Below are positions 1 through 10,255 of a DNA stretch of 64,000 nucleotides, piece after piece; positions within the stretch are counted from its first letter, which is position 1; every line of letters begins with the position of its first letter. The position numbers were made by a program, and so were the translations under genes. Under the pieces are notes generated by a model. That model made no database searches, was not told the origin of the DNA, and was given only the letters and a program-made list of their open reading frames with translations. The DNA comes from the human T2T-CHM13v2.0 reference genome, Homo sapiens: the NCBI RefSeq assembly GCF_009914755.1, contig NC_060942.1; one strand, written 5' to 3'.

Positions 1-973
1 TACATTTTCTTCTAGGAAATTGTCTCCTGCATTCCATCAAGCACTACTCTCTTTTTGTCGAATGTCAGCAGATAGTCGTTTAGGATACGAGGTAAATTAT
101 ACCACCTATTTCCACAACTTTTTAAAAACATTCTACTGTTTTTCTTCTTTTTAAGTTTCTCTTCTACAGAAGCATCTGTGATAAGACTGTATTTCAAATG
201 CAAATCCATTATGTAAAATAATGCTCTAAGATATAGTTCCTAAAATTTTAAACTTTTAAGGAAAGTAGTTGATTATTTCTGTTTTTTCTATTAACATTTT
301 ATTAACGTTAAAGTGACATTTTATAAACTCTATTTTTAATAGTATGTTTAATGACAGCATCTCTTAGATATAATTCAGAAAACCAACTTAAGTGTACACT
401 GTTTATATATTAATTGTTTATTTAAATTACTCTATTATTTTCATTTCATTAGGAGTGGTTATGTCCAATAGTTGAGTTTATTAGCTTGCATATTAGATTT
501 TCTCAACTATTTTGTATTTATTTTTGCAGATTAGTCTTGAGGGGGTATTTTATTATTACTGTTTTTTCTTACCTGTGTACTCACTCCTCCTTTTCTTGCT
601 GTTCTGTGTTTCATTTCACTTGACTTGCCATGGGCTTCTGTTCCACAATGTCATTGAGAATATCACAGAGCTAGATAGAGGATGGTTTGGATGCACTCTG
701 GCAATCCTCATTATAAGACTGGATCACCTTCCTTAGCCTACCCCTTGTATTTCCAAGTTCTTTGTACAGATTATCACTGTAGCTAATGGTAGTAGCTTTG
801 TGAGCATCTCTTCAAAGACAAAAACAAACATTGAGGCTGCCCTACTCCTGTGCTATTACCCCTACTTGTTCCCAGAAATGAAGCCTATTAGGCCTCCTTG
901 GCTTCACCCTTGATTTTAATGGTATTTTAAATCTGTTTCTAGCCCAAAGAAATATGGATGTTGATTGGAGCAC

Positions 974-1024
974 TGTTGCTGTTGTTGCTGCTGCTGCTGC
1001 TGTTGTTGTTGTTGTTGTTGTTGT
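974..1024 (+). repeat. Compound (TGC/TGT)17 trinucleotide repeat
   Basis: tgt tgc tgt tgt (tgc)5 (tgt)8 read directly from the sequence. Confidence 0.95.
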
Positions 1025-1153
1025 TATCATAAGTTAAAATATTGGAATGTGTGTTTAGGGCAGAGGTATCAGGGCCTAAAGAATGAACTTTTCCATATTA
1101 TTATGCACAGAAGTTCTCCACTATCATTGTTTATTAATTCTTTGGTTTTCTAG

Positions 1154-1249
1154 GTGTCTCGTATTGCAGACAGTGAAAAAAGCGTTATGTTAATGCTGGG
1201 ACGCTGCCTGCCACACATTGTTCCCAATGTGCTATTGGCAAAGAGAGAG
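1154..1249 (+). CDS. RELCH: RELCH coding exon (VSRIADSEKSVMLMLGRCLPHIVPNVLLAKRE)
   Basis: ttttctag acceptor and GAG|gtaaga donor; 96 nt, phase 0-0. Peptide recognised as KIAA1468/RELCH and in frame with the next exon. Confidence 0.95.
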
Positions 1250-1398
1250 GTAAGACACATGAAAGTATTTTCGTCCCAGTAATCCCATCATGTTGTCCAT
1301 TTTTTGTCATTTTGAAGTTGAGTGTTATATTTTTATTTTGTTAAAGTCTATTACTTGCAATCATATTCTTACTTTTGTGCATGCATCTCTGCTCCTAG

Positions 1399-1422
1399 AG
1401 AATGGTTTTACACCTCTGTCAG
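1399..1422 (+). CDS. RELCH: Candidate 24-nt alternative microexon (RMVLHLCQ)
   Basis: ctctgctcctag acceptor and CAG|gtgagt donor; 24 nt, no stop, in a phase-0 intron; TGCATG on both sides. Confidence 0.65.
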
Positions 1423-3116
1423 GTGAGTTCAGTAAAACTGCATGGTATTCATGTTTTTCCAATTTTGCTTAAAGCATTGTTAGCTTCTGCAGCACTAACT
1501 ATTACTGTAGGTCCATTTATGTGCCATGAACACTGTCTGGTTTTTACATTACCAGTTAACTAATTATCTGTGCTCTTGGTATGATATGCTTCATATGTCA
1601 ACAGAAATGGACACTCTTTGTATTGAAAATTAACAGGGATGAATAATATAAAACTAGTCAGGAGGAATAATATAACACTAGTCATAAATGTACTTGTAGT
1701 TGCCGATTATAAATGTGTTATTATGCTTGTTTGGCAATAAATCACATTTCTCTTATAATAGGATAGTTGTAATATTGACTACAACAACTTTTTAAAGTAC
1801 CTTTTTTATTTTTCTTGCAGTTAACCGGTTATTGACAGATGCTTTAAGTATCCAAAATACATTTGCAAATATATTTGACTCCACATAGCCTATGTTATGA
1901 TCCATAAACACTATAGGAAGTTATCTTTATTGTTGTTATTTATAAATTATTATTAAATATAGTTATATTTAGTCAAAAGATTAATGGGAAGTTATTTATA
2001 ATCTCATTTAAATGACAGTGGATGTTTGCAGATAATTTAAATTATTTTATTGAACTCTTTGAGATAAAATTTTTAGATCAAAAAAATTTTATAAAGAATA
2101 AATGAAGACAATTTTAGAGTGTGTCATGTAACTTTCTATTGTTATCTTCTTAATATTTACCACTGATTCAATCATAATTTCTGGGACCTACAGTATGATA
2201 GGTACATAATGCATTGGCAAAACCCATTTAAAGCTTATTTTCAATTATCCATTTAGCACAAGAAATTTGTACTGATCCTCAAGAAAACATGTAGAGCTTT
2301 AAAATTTTTTATCCCCATAGGTATTTTTAATAAAAACAATTAAAAAGATGGTTTTCCACTGATGGCTTTATTTTTACCTAATTATTTTAAAATAGTCATA
2401 AGATATTAATAAGTATGGAAAGTCTTATATGTCTTGAAGGATCAGTGTCCAATTTCAGATTGTTTTGCAGTTCTGCTTGGCAGAATGGTGTTTGAGCTTC
2501 TTTTCCTTTTTTAGCTTGTAACATAATCCATGTAATGCATTAATGTTTGCATCCCTTTTACTGTATTTCCTTAATATCATCTTTAGAGTGTTACAGAAAC
2601 CTAATTATTATGAAATTCAGTTTTAGCTTTTTTATTTTAATTTTTCATATTATCATAAAAGACTACCATTAAAATGATTGTACTGCATGAAATATTTATA
2701 AATTTGCATCATCAGTAATCAGATACATTATACATACAGATTATCTACCTATATGCACACATATAACTAATTTGTGGTATGATGTTTACTTTTCTGGCTG
2801 ATTTTAAATTTTTTATAATTAAAAAATATATATTTCATGAAAAACTGATCATCTATCTTTGTTCATTTAATTATTTGTATGTTTTATCAGAAAAGTTGCC
2901 ATTTATAATAAAATGAAATTGTATTTCCTCAAAATTAAATTGGTAAATAATGAATTATGTCTTAGAGTGATTTAAAATCAATCCCTGGGCATAACAGAAC
3001 AAAACATTTTTTCGTTACATCTCTTGATATTGAATTACTTTTTAATATTTCACCCGTTTCTTATTATAAATCTATACATATCTCTCCCTCTATGGGGAGA
3101 CAGAGAGAGTTGTTGG

Positions 3117-3243
3117 TTTTTTGTTTTGTTTTGTTTTTTGGGTTTTTTTTTTTATTTGAGGCAGGTTCTCACACTGTCACTCAGGCTGGAGTACAGTGGC
3201 ACAGTCATGGCTCGCTACAGCCTCAAACTCCAGGGCTTAAGCA
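3117..3243 (-). mobile_element. Truncated Alu fragment (AluJ/monomer-like)
   Basis: T-rich tail followed by gagGcagg..caggctggagtacagtggc. Confidence 0.8.
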
Positions 3244-3574
3244 TTAAATCTACATTTTTATAAAACTCCTGTGATTGAAGGATTAATATTTTGACTTCTT
3301 ATTTCTCAAGTTTGATATATATTCTCTTGTCAGCAAAAGCCTTTTTATTGGTATTTAAATAAAATTTAAATGTTCTTTAGTAAACTGAACTTAGTAATAT
3401 CTTAGCTGATTAAATAAAGCATTGGAAACAGGGTTTAATGTTTTGATTAATATGTTTACATGGTGTAATTTTTTTAATGTAAAAAAAATGTACAATGAAA
3501 ATTCCTTTATTCCTGTCCTTGAGCTTCTGTCACATGCAGTCAGTTTTGCTAGCTTCTAGAGTATTCTTTCAAGT

Positions 3575-6245
3575 CCTTTGACCATTTTTAAATTTGATTG
3601 TTTATCTTCATGTTTTTGAGTTGTAAGAGTTTTTTTATATATTCTGGGTAGTAAACCCTTATCATATATATGATTTGCAAATATTTTCTTTCATCCTGTA
3701 GGTTTTCTTTTTACACTCTTGACCATATCCTTTGATGGGCAAATGTTTTCCATTTTTATGAAATCTGATTTATCTATTTTTTTGTTGTGTTGTTTGTGCT
3801 CTAAGTATCAATTTTAAGAAACCATTGCCAAGTCAATCAATGTTATAGAAGATATATATATCTATATGTATATGAATATATATAAGAGCTAAAGCTATGA
3901 AACAATTAGAAGAAAACATTTGTTATATATATTTAGGTCAACGATTCATTTTGAGTTAATTTTTATATATGGAGTAAAACAGCGTCTAACTTTATTCTTT
4001 TCATATGGCTATCCAGTTATCCAGAAACATTTGTTCAAGATAAAAAAATTCCTCTTTTGAATAGTCTTGCTACTTTTGTCAAAAATCAGTTGGGCCTAGA
4101 TTCTTCGGGTTTATTTCTGGACTTTCAGTTCTGTTCCATTGGTCTGTATGTCTAGCCATATGCCACTACCACACTGTTTTGATAACTGTTGTTTGTAGTA
4201 AGTTTTGAAATTGGGATATATGAGTCCTCTAACTGCACATCACTATTGTCTGTTCAGGGTCCCTTGCAGTTCCGCATGAATTTGATGCTCAGCCTTTCAC
4301 TTCTGCAAAACAGGTCATTGAAATTTTTATAGAGATTACATTAAATCTGTAGATCTCTTTGGGAGTATTGTCATCCTAACAACATTAAGTTTTCCAGTTC
4401 ATGGACATGGAATGTCTTTTTGTTTTAGATCTTTAATTTCTTTCAGTAATATTTTGTAATTTTTAGTATACAATTCTTTCACTTCTTTGGCTAAATTTAT
4501 TCCTAGGTATTTTGTTCTCTTGGATGGTATTGTAAATGGAATTGTTCTTTTAGTTTTCTTTTCAAGAAGGGAAAGGTTTATCCTGGTTATCAAAACAACA
4601 CTGGTCATTGTGTGTTGATCTTAAATCTTGCAACTTTGCTGCATTTGCTTATTAACTCTAATCATTTTTTATGGGTTCTATGAGATTTTCTACATATATA
4701 GAATCATGTCATCTGCACGTAGAGAGATAGTTTTGCTTCTTCTTTACAATATAGATGGCTTTTATTTTTTCCTCTTGCTTAATTGCTCTGGCTAGGATTT
4801 CCAATACAATTTGGATGGTAATGTTTTGAGAAAGCAATATCCTTGCCTTGTTTCTGATCTTACAGGAAAGCTTCAATCTTTCACCATTGACTATGATGTT
4901 TGCTATAGAATTTTTATAAATGCCCTTTGTCATATTAAAGAAGTTTCCTTTTATCCCTAGTTTGCTAAATATTCTTATCATAAAATGGCATTGAATTTGC
5001 CACATGCTTTTTCTGCATCTGTTGAGATGATAATGCGATTTTTCCCCTTTCGTTCTACTGTCATATGCCTGCATTATTTATACATTGCCTGATTTTATGT
5101 TAAACCACCCTTGCATTCATGAGATACATCCCATTTGGCCTTGGTTTATAAACCTTCTAATGTGCTTTTGGATCTGTCGTTAGTATTTTGTTAAGTATTT
5201 TTTTGTCTATATTCATAAGGGATACTGTTCTGTGGTTTTCTTATCTTGTGTTTTGGTATTTGGTATTGGTTTTGGTATTGGGCTAAGGCTGGCTTGATAG
5301 GGTATAGGAACTCTTCAGTCTGTTTCCTTGTTATAAGTCTGTTGGGATTTTCTACTTAATCAGTTTGGTGATTTCTATGATTCTAGGAATTAGTTCATTT
5401 CATCTTGATTATCTGATTTGTTGATGAACAGTTGTTCATAGTATTAACTTATATCTTTTAATTTCTGTAACATCGGTACTAACATCCTTGCTTTCATTTC
5501 TGATCCTAGTTATTTGCATCTTCTCTCTTTTTCAGTCAGTCTAGCTAAACGTTTGTCAATTTTGTTTCTCTTTTCAAAAACCAACTTTTGTTTTGTTAAT
5601 TCTCTTTATTGTTTTTCTAGTCTATGTTTCATTTATCTCTGTAATCTTTATTATTTCTTTCCTTCTGCTGGCCTTGGGTTTAGTTTGATCTTTCTGTAGT
5701 TCCATAAGATATTGAATTACTGACTTGAGATCTTTTTTAATGTAGGTATTTATAGCTATAAATTTCCCTCTGAGTACTGCTTTTGCTGTATCTCATTAGT
5801 TTTGGTATGTTGTTTTCATTTTCATTCATCTCAATGTTTTCTCATTAATTCTTGATTTCTTCCTTGACCTATTGCTTATTTAAGAGCATGTTGTTTAATA
5901 GCCACATATTTGTGAATGTTCCATTTTTCTTGTGTTACTGATTCTTAATTTCATTCTGTTGTAGTCAGAGAAATATTTTATATGACTTTGATCTTTTAAA
6001 TTTACTAAGAATTACCTATGCCTAACTTATGGTCTGTCCTGGAGAACGTTCTGTGTGCATTTGAGAAGAATATATATTCTGCTGATGTTGAGTGGAGTGT
6101 TCTGTATAATTTTATTAGATTTAGTTGTTTTATAAAGTTTGGGTTCTCTATTTCCTTATTGATCTTCTGTCTAGAATTTCTGTACAGTATGAAAGTAGGG
6201 TATTGAAGACTCCAACTATTATTGTAGAACTGTCTTATATTCCTT
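3575..6245 (-). mobile_element. Old L1 (L1M-type) ORF2 region
   Basis: ORFs 4399..4608 and 4709..5074 give degenerate L1 ORF2 RT peptides ([28 protein letters not shown]). Confidence 0.9.
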
Positions 6246-7489
6246 CGGAGATACTTTGTGCATGTATAAATTCAAATATGTGATCTTTTCCCCATGATTT
6301 AAACAAATGATACTGTATTCTATGCACTACTCTCTACTTTGCTGTTTTTATACTTAACATTAGATTTTACTTTTTATATCATGATATAAAGAACTTTCTA
6401 TTAGTGTTTTCAAACTTTGACTACACCTTCAGTAAAAAAGATGTTTTACATCATGTGCCAGTATGTACTTACATATATAAAATTAAAAGTTTTACAAAAC
6501 ATAAAGTAAAGACAAGCAATACCAAACATGATTTTATAAATATTTTGGAAAAATAAAGAAAAAAATCCTTAAGTAAGCAATTAAAAAAGAAAAACATGCT
6601 GTTCATGACCCATTCAACTGATTTTGTGACCCACTGTTTTAAAGATAGTAGGATAAAGGTTTAATCAGAGCTGTCTAATAAATTAACTTTTTTAAATAGA
6701 AAGCACGATGAATATAGATATTAGCATTATTTGTTTTTCTTTAAAACAAGAAAAAGAAAAAAGTAACAACTTTACTCAATCTTCAGGTTACAATTATAAT
6801 ATTTTTTAATTCAGTGCATCTTATTTTAAATCTAAGATGCAATTGGTTGTAACAGTTATGTTTCTTTAAGAAAGAAAAAGAATCCCAATTGAATTATGGC
6901 GTGCTATCTATCATAAGATACACCCATATTTCAAAGATACTAAAAAGTTTAACAGAAATATGTACCTCTTAGGTTCTTTGAAATAATGGTAGTCTCTTTT
7001 TACTAACTTATATTTTAAAGTCAAATATTTATCTCTGCTGTAATCTTTATTATTTCCTTCCTTCTACTGGCCTTGGGTTTAGTTGATCCTTCTGTAGTTC
7101 CTTGCCTGTTCATTTTGGGAGAGAAAAGTAAAAGATGGACTGATTTTTTATATGTGGCTTACATAGTAGTTCATTTTAATGGATTGGTTCAGGAAACTTG
7201 AATCTTTTGAGCCAAATTATAGAAATAAATATATTTGTCATTTGATAAATGTATATAGTAAATAAGCTAAAGTAGTTGGTTTTTCACAATTTCTGCTTTG
7301 ACCGCATTTGAAGAGGAAATTCTATAATTAAAAAATAGAATTTTTTAAAAGATTACTTCAAGTAGCATTTTTGGTAATCATACATCAAAATGTAACTTTC
7401 AGTTTCATTCTGTGCCAAGGAAATATGTTCTATCAGCTAGCTAAGTTGGAATATCAAAGGAGAAATCTGGGGCTGAGATGGGAGTGGAA

Positions 7490-7720
7490 ATGAGGAGAGA
7501 CTTAATGGAGACCAGCTTTCCTTTTGGGATATTGGAAGTCTTCTAAAATTATATTGTAACAATGGTTGTACAACTCTGAATGTGCTAAAAACCACTGAAT
7601 AGACAATTGAAATGGATGGACTTTATGAAGATGAAACATATCTCAATAAAACCGTCATTAAAAAGGCAAAGGAGAAAACCACTTATCTCAGTAAAGCTGT
7701 AACAAAAAAAGCAAAGGAAA
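7490..7720 (+). mobile_element. Old L1M 3' end with a duplicated ~45-bp terminus
   Basis: aatggttgtacaactctgaatgtgctaaaaaccactgaa...tatctcaataaa; the terminal motif occurs twice. Confidence 0.7.
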
Positions 7721-8725
7721 GAACCAATTCCCTAAAAGTTTTTAAAGTAGTTGGTACCTCTACAGACCTCCCGTCTTATGAGAAACTAGACTTTGATCTT
7801 TTACATTGCCACTCATGTTTCCTTCATGGAAACCTTACAAGTAATGATCGCCTCAGAGGATCATAACTCTATGAGATGTATACAGTAGTATAGTGGATAA
7901 GTGTAATAAAGTAGATAGGAAGTTTTGACTCCCTTCTTTAAACCTATGTGATGTTGGCATGTGTGCATATTTAATTTTGTGAGTACATCACATTTCTTTA
8001 GCAATAGTGAGACTTGAGGTAAGGTTATTTAGGTACTTTAGGTTTCCTAAAGATTGAGCCCTGGAAATTATAGATATTTAATATTAATAATTCTAAGAAT
8101 CGGTATTTTTAGCAGCCCTTGAATTGTAAAACTTTTACAGAGGTGAGTAATCTTTTTTTTTTTTTCTTATGTGAGTCTTTGTAATGTCTTTCTTTATTGG
8201 GTTTCCTTTTTATATGAACAGGAACAAGCTGAAAAGTTTCAACTGAAAAGTTAAATCAGAGGTTGTACACTATCTACAGACCAACAAAGGCTCACAGATA
8301 GGTTTGTTTGGCCTATTCAGTAATGGTAAAAATGATGTGCTAGTTATCAAACTTTTAAAAACTGATATTTTACCTAAAAATACAAAATTTTGGCTTTTTT
8401 TGAAAACTCCTAGTCTGGAGTTTTCCTCCAGTCTAAGAGCACTAGACTTACATTTCCAAATGATCTTTTCAATTGGAGCACAGTTCCGGTCTGTCCCCTG
8501 TAGGTGGGACATGGGATCTCTAGTTAGCCACAGTTGCTGCCATACTTTTTTGCCCCTAGTCACTAAAGCCCCGTGTTAGTGCTGTTTATCATCATGTTTG
8601 CATTATTGTTTTCCTTATACCCTTTGTTTTACATGTTTACGTTACCTTCTTGACCCTCCTTGTCTTGTACTGATAAGCCTTTTGTTTAGGTTCCTCCACG
8701 CCTTCTGTGCTATGTATTAAATTTT

Positions 8726-8861
8726 ATACACTTGTATCTTCGCTTATCAGTACCCTAATTTTCACATTATATCCAAATGTAATATATATTTGGATATAAA
8801 TATATTTGGATATAATGTAATGTGACAATTAGGGTACTGATAAGCCAAGATACAAGTGTAT
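8726..8861. repeat. Long near-perfect inverted repeat (arms of about 55 bp)
   Basis: atacacttgtatcttcgcttatcagtaccctaatt..atccaaat pairs with atttggatat..aattagggtactgataagccaagatacaagtgtat. Confidence 0.9.
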
Positions 8862-9214
8862 CTTGTATCTTGACACTAGTAAGTAAAATAATGTCACATT
8901 ATATTTGGATATAATCTAAATAAAAATCCAAATAAAATAATAAGTAAATATGATATCACATTATATTTGTATATAATCTTGACAAGTAGAGTACTGATAA
9001 GCCAAGGATATCTTAGCTGCTTTGGAACAGATATTTTTATATTGCTTATTGTCTTTCCTTCCTTCTTCAGTCGTTTCTACTCCATCCCCAATTGTTTTCA
9101 GCATATGTTCTTTCCTTTGGATTGTGCAAAAGAATTATCTTGATTTATTTAAATATGGATATTAAATATTGAAATTTAAATTTCAAAAGATTACCATTGA
9201 CTCAAAGAAAACCA

Positions 9215-9455
9215 TTTTCTTTTTTTTTTCTTTTTTTTTTTTTTTTTGGTGACAGGGTCTCACTCTGTCACCCAGGCTGGAGTACAGTGGCACAATCACA
9301 GCTCACTGCAGCCTTGACCTTCTGGCCTCAATAGATCCTCCTACCTCAGCCTCCCAAGCAACTGCGACTACAGGTGCACACCACCACGCCCAGCTAATTT
9401 TTGTATTTTTGGTAGAGATAGGGTTTCGCCATCTTGCCCAGGCTGGTTTCGAATG
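9215..9455 (-). mobile_element. AluJ (5' truncated)
   Basis: poly-T followed by gacagggtctcactctgtcacccaggctgg. Confidence 0.9.
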
Positions 9456-9646
9456 CTAATCCTCTTCTATTAATGAATTCTAAAAGTCCTAGAAATTCTG
9501 CAGTAGGATTATTATACTGATTTTTCTCTTTAATGATCATAGACACTCTGTTAAATATTTCACTTCAATACACATTACTGAGTACTCTCTAGGTTGCCAA
9601 ATCATGTTTTAAAATATTTTCCTATTGCTTAAAATATGGCTATATT

Positions 9647-10255
9647 AGCTGGGCACAGTGGCACATAGTTCCTGCTACTAAGGAGGCTGAGGCAGGAGGA
9701 TCTTGTGGAGTTCTAAATAAGGAGGGGGAGTTGGGCTGGCGAGACTGAGGGAAAGCAAAAAAAGAAAGTGGATAAGCTGTAAGTCTGCCTTTCTTTATGG
9801 TCCAGGACACATAGCCCTCCTGTGCAAATAACTCACAATCTTCCTGTGCAAAGCTATCACCAGACACCTCAGCTAATAGAAAAATGCAAGTTAGCTTACT
9901 GCAACCTTAGCTTTATCAGTACTGCACAAAGCCCTCTTCAGCACACAGCATGAGCACCAGCAACTCTTTGTCTCCTTGCAGTTAGCTCCTCTCTTGCTGA
10001 CCTGCCCTTTGCTTTCTTGCAATGTATTTTCCTACTTTGTCTAATAAATCTGCCTTTCTTTACCCACAACTGTCTTGGCAAATTATTTTTACCACTCAGA
10101 GCAACACCAGCCCCAGATAGTCACTGCCCACAACAGATCTCTTGAGCCCAGGAGTTTGGGGCAGTAGTGTGCTATGATCACGCCTGTAAATAGCCAATTG
10201 CCTTCAAGCCTGGGCAATATAACAAGACCCAGTCTCTTAATAAAAAGAAAGAAAT
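9647..10255 (+). mobile_element. FAM-like fossil Alu monomer split by an LTR
   Basis: gctgggcacagtggc..ggaggatct | gatctcttgagcccaggag..cctgtaaatagccaattgc..; retains the 7SL/FAM-specific gtgaatag-like segment. Confidence 0.75.
9704..10135 (+). mobile_element. Solo LTR, probably ERVL class (resembles LTR47; family not verified)
   Basis: TG...CA termini, 432 bp, internal AATAAA, 5-bp TSD GATCT at 9699-9703 and 10136-10140. Confidence 0.8.

Noticed and set aside
965-1153. Poly-Cys ORF (965..1153) and the poly-Thr/Ala start of the reverse ORF
   Set aside because: These are translations of the trinucleotide repeat, with no exon support for that part.
6400-6990. Possible old DNA-transposon fragments
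   Set aside because: Too degenerate to assign or delimit by eye.
8222-8310. Possible + strand exon after tatatgaacag (EQAEKFQLKS*)
   Set aside because: Immediate in-frame stop and only a weak gtttgt donor; insufficient support.
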